DNA of 64,000 bases from Octopus sinensis (lineage: Eukaryota). Positions within the stretch are counted from its first letter, which is position 1, and every line of letters begins with the position of its first letter. The notes under the pieces are model-generated. The model was given only the letters and a program-made list of their open reading frames with translations. It ran no database searches and was not told where the DNA came from. Location: contig NC_043017.1 in NCBI RefSeq assembly GCF_006345805.1, positions 3,968,001-4,032,000 on the forward strand, given 5' to 3'. This document shows positions 41,545 to 53,741 of this stretch, one piece after another. The translations under genes were made by a program, and so were the position numbers.

Positions 41545-41907
41545 GATAGTAATAGTAAGACAAGAAAAGAATGAAAGAGACCTCGATATTATGTAAACAG
41601 AGGAATTTATCTGTAAATATATGTGACAATTATTCTGTAGCCGTTTTATCATGGCTACCGAAAAATTGTCATCAGCTCGCTCCCTCCATTAAATCGACAT
41701 TGCCTGAATAGGTGCACAATGTACCAGGCATCGGGTGTCGAGGTGATAGCAGAGAAAGGTGAGATGAAATTGTTTTCGCTCAAACACAAAACACACCTGC
41801 TGCATTGGGAATTGTAACTACGATCTCACCGTCGCGAGTGCAACACACTAGCCATTATGTCATGCACCCTCACACGCACAAACACACACAACTGCGCATA
41901 CGCATAT

Positions 41908-41977
<70 letters not shown>

Positions 41978-42025
41978 TTATTATATATATATATATGTAT
42001 ATATATATGTATATATATATATATG

Positions 42026-42069
<44 letters not shown>

Positions 42070-42070
<1 letters not shown>

Positions 42071-42265
42071 CCGGAGTAAACACATAAATGTAAAACAAGG
42101 TGGAAAAAGAGTACTCAAATACCAGAGATAGAGTAATATGCTTTATTTAAAAGCAGCAGAAATTTAACAAAAGTTGTTACTCGGAGTTAACAAAACTGTC
42201 CGACGAACGGGAACGTGAAACTCCGAGTAACAGCTTTTGTTAAATTTCTGTTGCTCTTAGATAAA

Positions 42266-42301
<36 letters not shown>

Positions 42302-42510
42302 CTACTCCAAGCATGAACAAAGAGAAAACAACAACGCAAGGACGTGGAACAAGTATAGTGTTATTGGACGCTCAGGAAAGGAAAGAAAGAAGGAGGGTTT
42401 AACGTTTCGACCGGAGCTCTTCGTCAGAAACATAGAAAAAGGAAAGGTCCAAGGAAGGGAAGACGGAGGGAAAAAAATCGCCAACGATACACACGCGGTC
42501 ACATATTGAA
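42070..42510. mobile_element. Penelope-like relics, including a ~48-bp-arm hairpin (42141-42266) and a minimal hammerhead-like motif (42397-42431, minus strand)
   Basis: ctttatttaaaagcagcagaaatttaacaaaagttgttactcggagtt mirrored; aacgtttcg...tcttcgtcag motif typical of Penelope-like elements. Confidence 0.55.
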
Positions 42511-42758
42511 CTGACCGGAGGGGAATGGGTGAAGAAAAAATGTATGTATGATGTATGCGTGTATGAATATCTATGATGTATGTGTGTATATCTGAGTGGA
42601 GCAACGTGTACATATATCCGTGTGTGGAGAATCGAGATAGCGATAGAGTGTGAGTGTGAGAGAGAGAGAGAGAGACAGAGAGGGGGGGAGAGAGACAGAC
42701 AGACAGACAGAGAAAGTGAGAATGAGAGAAATTACGATTTCAAAGTATTTCAACGTAC

Positions 42759-42945
42759 TGCTCTAAGATCAGCCATTTGGTTGTTAAGAATAACACTTCT
42801 ATCCTTGCAGTTTCCAAGCTGTTTCTCCAGTTCTCCTGCTCTCCTCCTGCATGTTTCGCTGTCTGCAATGCGGCGGGCAACGTCATCGTGTAACTCATTA
42901 ACATCGTCTTGCAGTTTGTCCCTCTCGTCCTGCACTTGGCGCAAT
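42759..42945 (-). CDS. IF-B exon 2 (coil 1B)
   Basis: tttttctgtcAG / GTACGT; 187 nt, phase 2->0; LRQVQDERDKLQDDVNELHDDVARR...QMADLRA. Confidence 0.88.
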
Positions 42946-43174
42946 CTGACAGAAAAATAGTGAAATGGTTTTGCTGAGGAATATCTATTTATCCTAGGTA
43001 CATGTTGGAAGGATTAGCAGACATTGTAATGATGAAACATTATTTTATGCTTTAATAAAATAGTACCTGCATTATCATAGAATTATACAGAAAAATACCA
43101 AACGATCAACACAAACGCCAGCGTTTCTTATTCCGTTTATTTGTTTGGACAAATCTGGCAACTTGTCTGGTAAG

Positions 43175-43950
43175 GTTGAGATTGCTGCCAACCTTGAGAA
43201 TGATCTTCGAGCTATTGTTGACAGGGCTTGGGAAATGGCTTGAAACGTTCACTCCATCGAAAACTAATTTTTTTTCAATTAATCGCTTCAGGCATCCTTT
43301 CTTGCCATCGGTTTTGGTGGATGGTATCGACTTATCTGAGAGTGATTCTCTTCGTCTCCTAGGAGTGACTTTCTGTAATGATTTTTCTTGGAGGATTTAC
43401 ATTAAATATGTTGCCAAATCGTTCGAGGAGTTATCTCACTCCTGAGACTATTCTTTATCTTTATAAGTCCACCATTTGACCCTGCATTGAGTACTTTTAT
43501 CATATGGTCAGGTGTTCCTGCGGATTGTCTATCTCTGGTGTACCACATTCAACGCCGTATTTATAATGCTATTGTTTCTGATCTATCTTCTAAATTGGCT
43601 TCACTCTCTCATCGTTATCGTGTGGATTCCTGTCTCTTTTCTATAAGTATTTCCATGGACTCTCTTCTGTGCTTCCTCCTTTAAGAACTTATCAACGATC
43701 AACTGGACTTCCATCCAGTTCTCATCACTATACTGTGCAACCTCCTAAGTGTCGTAAAGCCCTTTACAGTACCAGTTTCTTCCCTCGCACCTCTGAACTT
43801 TGGCATTCCCTTCCAAAGTCTTGTTTTCCTCTTCAATATGTCCCCCTCCAGTCTTTTAAGTCTAATGTACATCGTCACCTACTGACTTCTGTCCAGCATC
43901 CATTTTATTCTAGTAGCTCTTACGTTTTCAGAGGTCTAAGTACCTTGTAG
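43175..43950 (+). mobile_element. Degraded CR1/Jockey-group LINE RT C-terminus
   Basis: SESDSLRLLGVTF...FSW; LYKSTI*PCIEY; FFPRTSELWHSLP...SFKSNV. Confidence 0.78.
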
Positions 43951-44024
43951 CGACCCGTCCGTGTTTTTTGTATCGTCTTCTAAATGTTTTACGTTCTTGT
44001 CCCAGTTTGTATTTTTCTACATAT

Positions 44025-44066
<42 letters not shown>

Positions 44067-44504
44067 ATATGAGTTCATGAGTTCATGTAGAAGCATATAG
44101 ATATAAACACATTGTCGGTCTACAATGCTAACAAGTAAATAGCTTTGGAGAAAAAAAACGTCTGCGGACCCATTAGGTAGTCGGAAACGAAGAATTTCTA
44201 CACCAAAGCCATCATATGTTTAATCCAAAAACCCAAGCTTTGAATCGCAACCTATGTTTCCCCGAGGAAATTATTCCTCATACAGAGATGTTTCTACTGT
44301 AGAACTTTTGGAGTTTTTTTCTTTTCTTTTCTTTTTATTTTATGAAGAGCTGGTTAATCACATTATCAGTGAAAGTACAAAATATTCGCTGAATAGAAAC
44401 TGGTAAGATATAAGCGTGACAAAAGAAAAGTTAAAAGCACTTTTTGCTATTTTGATAGTGTCGGGCTGTAATCACACTACCAAGTAAATCATATTACCGG
44501 GCGG

Positions 44505-44893
44505 TGTGGAGGCGCAATGGCCCTGTGGTTAGGGCAGCGGACTCGCGGTCGTAGGATCGCGGTTTCGATTCCCAGACCGGGCGTTGTGAGTGTTTATTGA
44601 GCGAAAACACCTAAAGCTCGACGAGGCTCCGGCAGGGGATGGTGGTGATCCCTGCTGTACTCTTTCACCACAACTTTCTCTCACTCTTACTTCCTGTTTC
44701 TGTTGTACCTGTATTTCAAAGGGTCGACCTTGTCACTCTCTGTGTCACGCTGAATATCCCCGAGAACTACGTTAAGGGTACACGTGTCTGTGGAGTGCTC
44801 AGCCACTTACCCGTTAATTTCACGAGCAGGCTGTTCCGTTGATTCAGATCAACCGGAACCCTCGTCGTCGTAACCGACGGAGTGCTTCCATCC
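44505..44893 (+). mobile_element. SINE2 with 12-bp TSD
   Basis: TSD attaccgggcgg at 44493-44504 and 44894-44905. Confidence 0.9.
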
Positions 44894-45344
44894 ATTACCG
44901 GGCGGCGAGTGACAATTTGAGAAATGTGGTTGTGTATGAAGCTTTGAGAAGGGATCAGTTTGACTTAACCATGAAATGCCTCCATTTTCAAGTCAACGAA
45001 AGCTTGAACACAAGTGATAAATATACTAAAACCATTAATTACACATTTACAAGAAAAAGTTTTGCAACATTTTATAACAACGCAGCGTATTTCGCCTGAT
45101 GAAGCGATGATCGAGTACTTTGGGAAACACGGATGCAAACAATGCATAAGAAATAAACCTATAAGATTCGGATATAAGGTTCGGTGCCAAAATGTTTCTA
45201 CAGAATATTTAATTGTCTTTGATCTCTATCAAGGGAAAAAGCATATCAAGGGAATGCGTCAGATAAAACGGATTATGGCAAGGGCGCTGCGTCAGCACTG
45301 CATAGTCTTGGGCAACATCGGGGGAAAAAGAGAATTACTTTGTC

Positions 45345-45584
45345 ACACTCTTTTACTTGTTTCAGTCATTTGATTGCGGCCATGCTGGGGCATCGCCTTT
45401 AGTCGGGAAATCGACCTCAGGACTTATTCTTCGTAACCCCAGTACTTATTCTATCGGACTCTCTTGCCGAACCGCTAAGTTACGAGGACATCAACACACC
45501 AACATTGGTTGCCACACGGTGGTGAGGGGGACAAACATCGACGCAGAGGCACTCACAAACAAATATATATATACATATATATGT

Positions 45585-45625
<41 letters not shown>

Positions 45626-45782
45626 CATGACGAGCTTCTTTCAGTTTCCATCTACCAAATCCACTCACAAGGTCTTGGTTGGTCCGAGGTTATAGCAGAA
45701 GACACTTACCCAAGGTGCCACGCAGTGGGACCGAAACCGGAACCATGTGGTAAGCTGCCCACCACGCAGCCGCTCCTGCGCT
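45345..45782 (-). mobile_element. SINE3 (another copy at ~47630-47935)
   Basis: Reverse complement of the SINE3 consensus. Confidence 0.78.
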
Positions 45783-46011
45783 TAACATATATATATATTT
45801 ATGGACAATCTATTTACATGAATACCTTTATTTGAAAGACTAGTCAGCTTAGGTTATAATGCTACAGGGACTTTAAGAAGAAATCGGCAAGGAAAAGTGT
45901 CCGCCATTGTCGGTCATTTTTGTTGGAAAGCAAGAACGGGTGTATATGGAGGCATACTCAGTTGAAAATAAACAAGTAAAGACAACACTCAGTATTATTC
46001 AATTGCTAGAT

Positions 46012-46398
46012 GGATGGAAGCACTCCGTCGGTTACGACGATGAGGGTTCCGGTTGATCGAAATCAACGGAACAGCCTGCTCGTGAAATTAACGTGTAAGT
46101 GGCTGAGCACTCCACAGACACGTGTACCCTTAACGTAGTTCTCGGGGATATTCAGCGTGACACAGAGAGTGACAAAGCCGGCCCTTTGAAATACAAGGTA
46201 CAACAGAAACAGGAAGTAAGAGTGAGAGAAAGTTGTGGTGAAAGAGTACAGCAGGGATCACCACCATCCCCTGCCGGAGATCGTGGAGCTTTAGGTGTTT
46301 TCGCTCAATAAACACTCACAACGCCCGGTCTGGGAATCGAAACCGCGATCCGATGACCGCGAGTCCGCTGCCCTAACCACTGGTCCATTGCGCCTCCA
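46012..46398 (-). mobile_element. SINE2 with 12-bp TSD, inverted relative to 44505
   Basis: TSD caattgctagat at 46000-46011 and 46399-46410. Confidence 0.9.
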
Positions 46399-46779
46399 CA
46401 ATTGCTAGATATTGCTGTTGTAACACTGGTGTCAACCCACTATAGTGATAAACCAAGAGAATTTGTTAACAGTTGGAGCACATCTCGAAAAAAAAGAGAG
46501 TAAGCGTATTCTTAACGCAATTAACGCGTCAATATTTCCAAGGGTGGCACTGATCTTATGCATCAGAACCTAAACGCTTATCGAGTGAGTATACGTGGCA
46601 AAAAGTGGCGATTTAGCATTTTTACTTGGTTGCTGGATGCGGCTATTCAAAATACTTCGCAAATTCATAAAACATTTGGATCAAGTATGAGACAGCTTGC
46701 GTTCAAAAAGGAGATGGTTATGTCCTATTTGATAAGATTTCAATGTAAGCCCAAAGGACGTGGAATAAAACCAAGCAGA

Positions 46780-47260
46780 ATGCCTGGAGGAATCGATATG
46801 CATTTCGGCGAGCTGGCAGAAACGTTAGCACACCGGAAGAAATGCTTAGCGTTCTGAGTTCAAATTCCGCCGAGGTCGACTTTGCCTTTCATCCTTTCGG
46901 GGTGGATAAATTAAGTACCAGTCACGCACTGGGGTCGATGTAATCGACTTAATCCATTTGTCTGTCCTTGTTTGTCCCCTCTACGTTTAGCCCCTTGTGG
47001 GCAATAAAGAATCAGATAATGCCTGGAGGAATCGATATGCATTTCGGCGAGCTGGCAGAAACGTTAGCACACCGGACGAAATGCTTAGCGTTCTGAGTTC
47101 AAATTCCGCCGAGGTCGACTTTGCCTTTCATCCTTTCGGGGTCGATGAATTAAGTACCAGTCACGCACTGGGGCCGATGTAATCGACTTAATCTATTTGT
47201 CTGTCCTTGTTTGTCCCCTCTACGTTTAGCCCCTTGTGGGCAATAAAGAAACAGATATGC
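46780..47260 (+). repeat. Tandem duplication of a SINE1 plus its flank
   Basis: gcctggaggaatcgatatgcatttc+SINE1 occurs twice; original TSD gatatgcatttcg. Confidence 0.8.
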
Positions 47261-48254
47261 ATTTCGATGGTCAAAATCATTTGGTTGAAAAACAAAAAAC
47301 CCTAATGGTAAAAGACGAAGACGTATGGAAGATAACTGTGTTGCTTGACCTTTGATGCAATGCTTCAAGTGCAATGTAGGCCGACGCTTGTCATGTTTCG
47401 TATCATAGCACACGAAATAAGCTAATGTTGGTTAAAAACAATGATTTGCATTTTTTTTAATTAGACAGTAACTTGTAACTCTATGCTGTATATACCTGTC
47501 ACCCTGTGTGACAGAGTGATAAAACAATCATTTGTGCAAAGATATTGGTTTGTGATCGTATTGAGAACATTTCCTTTTATTCGTGTATTCAATGCAAATT
47601 GCTTAAATTGTACTATTCTCTTAACTCTTTTACTCTTTTACTTGTTTCAGTCATTTGACTGCGGCCATGCTGGAGCACCGCCTTTAATCGAGCAACTCGA
47701 CCCCGGGACTTATTCTTTTGTAAGCCCAGTACTTATTCTATCAGTCTCTTTTGCCGAACCGCTAAGTAACGGGGACATAAACACACCAGCATCGGTTGTC
47801 AAGCAATGCTAAGGGGACAAACACAAACACACGCACGCATATATATATGTACATATATACGACAGGCTTCTTTCAGTTTCCGTCTACCAAATCCACTCAC
47901 AAGGCTTTGGTCAGCCCTAGGCTATAGTTAGAAGACATTACTAGCGTTCCATATATGGCACACACATTATTTCAAACACGAAACAACTTTCCTCGGTCAT
48001 GTTTTCTGTAAGGTGTCTGTGCAACATATAACATAATAACTATTAAGTTTCGTTCAAATTGTATTAAAAAATTAAGGATTCAGGAGAATGTGGGTTAAGG
48101 GACAATGTGGAGAAATAGAATTAAAAGTAGATTAGAGTAGCTTAACAAAGCGAAATTGACGGAACCTTTAAGATGAACGTTTATGATGAGTGGAAGTTTT
48201 ATAAATACAATAAAGAAACACAAAAATCAAACATTAAGAGCAGATATCACTTAC

Positions 48255-48676
48255 TGTTCGCTCAGATCTTCAACTAATTCTTCAAGCGATTCATTTTTGG
48301 ACTCTATTTCTGAGAGTTTCTTATCATTCTCTACCTGGCGTGCTTTCAAGTCACCCAGTTGTTCTTCGTATAGTTTCTTCATTTTATCACAATTAAAGTC
48401 AACCTTAATTTCCAAGCGACCTTTAAGATGTTTGTTCTCAGCACCTAAGACACTTATTTTGTCAATGAGGTTGGCAAGCTTTGAATTCAAATCTTGCATC
48501 TCTTTCCTTTCTTTTTCGCCCTTAATTTTCATGTCAGCAACTTGTTTTTGGCCATGTTCTGCTGCCGCTCCTCTGAGAAAGACCACTGGAGGTGGTGGTC
48601 GGAAGGGACCCACAGGTCTTCTCCTTCGTCTCATTTGCCCCACTGGTTTTCTAGCTTTACTTTCTTCTTCATTCAT
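48255..48676 (-). CDS. IF-B exon 1 (head + coil 1A), cytoplasmic intermediate filament, NF70-like
   Basis: MNEEESK...EKERKEMQDLNSKLANLIDKISVLGAENKHL; in-frame TGA upstream; ends GAA CA|GTAAGT; 422 nt. Confidence 0.9.
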
Positions 48677-48845
48677 TTTTGTTGTTGTTATTCAAAGATT
48701 TTCTGTTAAAGAATAAATGCGGGAATGGAATAAGAAACAATTCACTGGTTGGAGTACGAACTGCGCAAAGAAAAAGTTTCTGCGGAACAATTTACGACCT
48801 ACTGTGGTGTTCTTATACTGCTAAATGACCAAGTCCTAGGCGTTG
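48677..48845 (-). promoter_or_regulatory. Conserved upstream block of IF-B (5' leader/promoter, or acceptor of a non-coding first exon)
   Basis: Aligns with 18858-19020 upstream of IF-A (gaatggaataag, attcactg, ttacgacct, gctaaatga); tctttaacAG acceptor-like site 26 nt before the ATG. Confidence 0.45.
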
Positions 48846-49109
48846 TCTTTCCAATATAAAACAATGAAGCCTAGTAAAGAGAGTACGTGAACGTTAGAGG
48901 GAATGATTCACTGAGAAAGAGAGGTGGGGGGAGGAGGAAAAATGAAAGTTGGGTAATGGAGTGAGATGTATGTACGTATTGATTTTCATAGATATCGTAT
49001 TTCATCTCTCATATTTCAAGTATCTCATTTCTGTATATGTTTGTGTGTATTAGCATGAATATCTAGGTATATGTACATGTGTGTATCTATTCATCTATGT
49101 ATCACTATT

Positions 49110-49690
49110 AGGCGGCGAGCTGGCAGAAACGTCAGCACGCCGGGCGAAATGCTCAGCGGTATTTCGTCTGCCGCTACGTTCTGAGTTCAAATTCCGCCGA
49201 GGTCGACTTTGCCTTTCATCCTTTCGCGGTCGATAAATTAAGTACCAGTTACGCACTGGGGTCGATGTAATCGACTTAATACCTATGTCTGTCCTTGTTT
49301 GTCCCCTCTGTGTTTAGCCCCTTGTGGGTAATAAAGAAATAGAAATAGGTATTTCGTCTGCCGCTACGTTCTGAGTTCAAATTCCGCCGAGGTCGATTTT
49401 GCCTTTCATCCTTTCAGGGTCGATAAATTAAGTACCAGTTACGCACTGGGGTCGATATAATCGACCTAATCCGTTTGTCTGTCCTTGTTTGTCCTTTCTG
49501 TGTTTAGCCCCTTGTGGGTAGTAAAGAAATAGGTATTTCATCTGCCGCTACGTTCTGTGTTCAAATTCCGCCGAAGTCGACTTTACCTTTCATCCTTTCG
49601 GGGTAAGTACCAGTTGCGTACTGGGGTCGACCTAATCGACTGGCCGCCTCCTCCAAAATTTCGGACCTTGTACCTAGAGTAGAAAAGAAT
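49110..49690 (+). mobile_element. SINE1 trimer (one head, three bodies)
   Basis: Junctions aaata|ggtatttc; third body has a variant tail. Confidence 0.82.
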
Positions 49691-49761
49691 CCTTAGCACA
49701 TCATTTCGTCCGTCTTTACGTTCTGAGTTTAAATTCTTTGGAGGTCAACTTTTATTCATGT

Positions 49762-50070
49762 GAAGGCGCATCGCTTAGTGACTAAAGCATCGGGCTCGCA
49801 ATCATGATGTAGTGAGTTCGATTCCCAGACTAAGACATTTTAATTCACGTTGTTCCAGTTAATTCAGCAGTAGGAATGAGTTGCAACGTCACTGGTGCCA
49901 AGCTGTATCGGCCCCTTTGCCATTCTCCTGGATAACATCGGTGGCGTGGAGAGAGGAAGCCATTATGCATGGGTGACTGCTGGTCTTCCATAAACAACCT
50001 TGCCCGGACCTATGCCTCGGAGGGGTACTTTCTAGGTGCAATACCCTGCCATTCATGACCGAAGATGATT
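49762..50070 (+). mobile_element. SINE4 diverged copy
   Basis: gaaggcgcatcgcttagtg...catgaccgaag. Confidence 0.72.
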
Positions 50071-50199
50071 TTTATATATTTATAAAGTGTTTATATATAC
50101 ATACATATATACATACATATATATATGTATATATATATATAAGGGAAGGAAGAAAGGGCTGGTTTTGCGTTCTTGTCCCATTTTGTATTTTTTATATAT

Positions 50200-50730
50200 A
50201 AATATGTGTGTATGTGTGTGTGTATGTGTGTGTTTCTGTAGGTATCAATGTGCAGGTGTCTACGTGTGTGTGTGTGGTGTGTGTGTGAGTGTGTATGTGT
50301 TTGTGTTTGTGTGTGTGTGTGTTTGTGTGTGAGTGTGTATGTGTGTGTGTGTGTGTTACTGTAGGTACCAATGTGCAGGTGTCTACGTGTGTGTGTGTGT
50401 GTGTGTGTGTGTGAGTGTGTATGTGTTTGTGTTGTGTGTGAGTGTGTATGTGTGTGTGTGTGTGTTTCTGTAGGTATCAATGTGCAGGTGTCTACGTGTG
50501 TGTGTGTGTGTGTGAGTGTGTATGTGTGTGTATGTGTGTGTGTGTGTTGTGTGTGTGTGTGAGTGTGTATGTATGTGTGTGTGTTTGTGTGTGTGTGTAT
50601 ATGTGTGTATGTGTGTGTGTGTGTGAGTGTGTATGTATGTGTGTGTGTTTGTGTGTGTGTGTATGTGTGTATATGTGTGTGTGTATGTGTATGTGTGTGT
50701 GTGTGTGTGTGTGTTTGAGTGTGTATGTAC
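50200..50730. repeat. TG-rich compound repeat with three embedded copies of ctgtaggta(t/c)caatgtgcaggtgtctacg
   Basis: Units at ~50237, ~50358, ~50468. Confidence 0.85.
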
Positions 50731-51526
50731 ATGTGCTGGACTTCTTTCGCTGTATAAAAACAAACGTCCTAGTCGAAAAAATGACGCGTAGTAAATTGTA
50801 ATGTGTGTCATGATTAAGGTAAACAAAGGTGAAGTTCGCCAAGTTGTGCAGCCAAGCTTTAATAAAATGAGATTTGATAACTTGAGAGTTTCTCCGTCCA
50901 GATTTTTCCATACTAGTACGAATGTATTACTGAGGTCCTGTTTCACTGTTATAGACGCTACTTGTTGCTAAACTTTGATTGTTTACCGTATTTTTAAAGT
51001 CATTTTCCCGTAGAAAATATTTTGCCTATCATAATGTGTCTAATGGAAAGGTTAGAGCTTCTTTCAGGGTGAAATTATTTTCGGAGTGTTTTCCCATTAT
51101 GCACCGTTTTGGGTATTTGTACTCCCAAATATCTCAATAACTTCTGGTCTGATTTACGCGAAACTTGTTTTATTCCGTTCGTATTCACGTTTCAGGGGCA
51201 TTTTACTTTCGAAATATTTTCCCATTATGCGCCAGTTTGGTTGTGTAACATTGCAAGCAAGCAAGCAAGATTGAACTTCACTTTTAATAGCATATAGATA
51301 TATAAAGAGAGAGAGAAAGAAAAAGAGAGAGTAAGAGAGTCAATAGATGAGATCAAAATATTTTTACCGAGTCAGCAGGGTAAAGAGTGGCTGTAAGGGA
51401 AACCAAGTGAGCAGATATGGAGACAATAATTCAAATAGACAGATAAAACCTTGGACTGACTTGAACATATGCAATAAGAAAAACTAAACAAATAGACAGA
51501 TACACAAAATGGGTGTCACTGCTTAC

Positions 51527-53710
51527 CTTGCCTGGATTATTTTGTCCTCAAAGTACTCTTCTTTTTCTAATTCTTTTCCGGGATATGTAGTATAAAAGAT
51601 CCGTATTGCCTTCTTCCTTGGCGGGTCCCGAATTGCTTATGCTAACCGACTCCAGACAAAATGTGCGCAATCTTTCCATTCCGTTTACTCAATAGTTCGG
51701 ATGAATCGACGGCTTGGAGATGTTGGGCTTTCAATGCTTGCATCGAATGCTCGTCATAACTCTCACGGGAAAAGGTAATGGGCTGCGAAAAGCAGATCAT
51801 ATCGACTGAAATACAATGGCTGTTTTCGTTTTCGGGAGTTAAATCGCCGAGTTTTTGATTGCCCATCCTACAAGCTTTATTTTTAGGTCAGTCTTGTAGG
51901 TTATTGGGAACCCTCTATCGTATATGGCAAATCGACCAAGAGTGGACCAGAAAGGATGCTACTGATAATTTTATTCCCATAACCCCTACAAAATTCGTTG
52001 TCAAAGATTTTCGGAGAACTACTCACAAGGAGAGTGCCGTTTGTCGTCGGTTGAGTTGTCGGTACTGGACAGCACTGATCGATTGCTGACAGACATGTCC
52101 ATTTCATGCGACACACAGACCATACTTCAATGACGTTCTGATCGATTTAAATCACACAAAATCGTTCGATAATGACAGATAACCGCTAACTATTAGCTTG
52201 TACCGGTTTCGGTCCCTTCTTTCGAGACACTATTGTATATTCCCTCAGAAATTCTAATATTAGTTTCTGACATCTTCATGAACATTACTATTATAATGGA
52301 TAACGTACTGCTCTGAAACAAACCGTAATTTTGAAAACAGATTTGGATTCTCGACTTCTCAGCAAATAAAGAAATAATACAGTTCTTTGTTTCCATTTCT
52401 CTGGAGTTCCCATTCTTTTCGTCTGATGCGAGAAATCCCGAGCGAATCTTCTTGTTTATGTGCTACAGCATTTACCTTGGATTATGTTCGGTACGAGAGT
52501 GTCTCCTAGTAAATCTTCCTATTCACGGATCCCACGCGTGTTTTTCATTTCGCCTCATACGGAATGCAAAAGTAAATATTATAGTAAATAAGCTCCAAAT
52601 TTTTTTTTTATTTATTAAATCGAACAAATCCTGTCAAATTCCTCTGTTACCTGCGGTTTTAAGAGGAGTTTTTTTCCCGATCTCTATCCATCCAATCTTG
52701 CGTTAGTAATTATTTCGCATTTCTTTACAATAGGTACCATCTCGATGTTACCAAAACTACATATACTACTATGCAGATAACATTACTCACTTCATTTTGT
52801 TTTAAATATCCTAATCAAAAAAGGTAAGGTAGTACTTTTGGCCCTTCTAAGGGCTTCCGAGACTGGTGAGAAGGAAAACGTTATGCTCAAACTGAAAATT
52901 TAAATCTTTGCAATAGAGTGTACTCAGCTAAAGATATCCAAGGGAGAGATGATGGGATTAAACTGGATAATCTACACACTTTATCTCAGAACTGTATTGG
53001 TGAACACTATCCTAGGTCTAGCTATTCTCAGATTCTTTAGTTATATCTTCCAAATAAACTAGGGACCTGAGACTTTGCAGATTAACGTGTTCAGTCAAAA
53101 GGCAAAAGATTTTAAATTTCCTACTGTATTACATAGCGAGAGACCCTTTATAGGATCCTCTAAGCCTGATGGAAAATATAGTAAACTTTCACTCAAATCA
53201 CCCCAATTGTCTTCATTTCCTTCTTTTAAGATGGTAGGTAATGTGTGATTTGAGAGAGATTTGGTTGCTATTTTCAGCAGCTTTGCTCACCGTGTGGAGG
53301 TCCTTCGTTGGCTTGCATTTGATAATCTTAATACATTTTACGTAGATTAGAGGATACAAGATATGAAGCGCAAAATCTAGGAAACAATGATTTAGGTTCT
53401 TTTAGTTCTACATACTTCCGCCAACGGATGTTTCGATAGGTACCTTTTTATTTTTGCTGCTGCTGGGGCTGCTGTTGTTGTTGTTGTTGAGCAACAAGAC
53501 GGGTAAGGGTTATTAGGTGATGGTCTGGGGCTTAGGGGCGGGAGACCTCCAGACCTTGGGAAAAAGAAAACTTTGGTCGTCTTGTTGTAGTCGAGGGCTC
53601 TTCGTTGACGCCCGAGACCACTGGGAGGTGGCCCCCGAATTTGCTGGAAGTGGAGATCTCCAGGTCCAAATTCTTGAACGGCTACTGCTACTGCTGCTGT
53701 TGCTGTTGCT

Positions 53711-53741
<31 letters not shown>

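Larger units (their letters stand above)
44290..48098 (+). mobile_element. Fragmented piggyBac (PGBD2/3-like) transposon carrying nested SINEs
   Basis: ALRRDQF...LHF; DEAMIEYFGKHGCKQCIRNKPIRFGYK; YRVSIRGKKWRFSIFTWLLDAAIQN; right end GGG|TTAA at 48092-48098; left end not found. Confidence 0.82.

Noticed and set aside
48183-48716. 177-aa plus-strand ORF
   Set aside because: Antisense shadow of IF-B exon 1, with no splice or homology support
53240-53310. Short motif gtgatttgagagagatttggttgc repeated at ~58097 and loosely at ~62490
   Set aside because: Looks like a fragment of another common interspersed repeat; too short to support a regulatory claim
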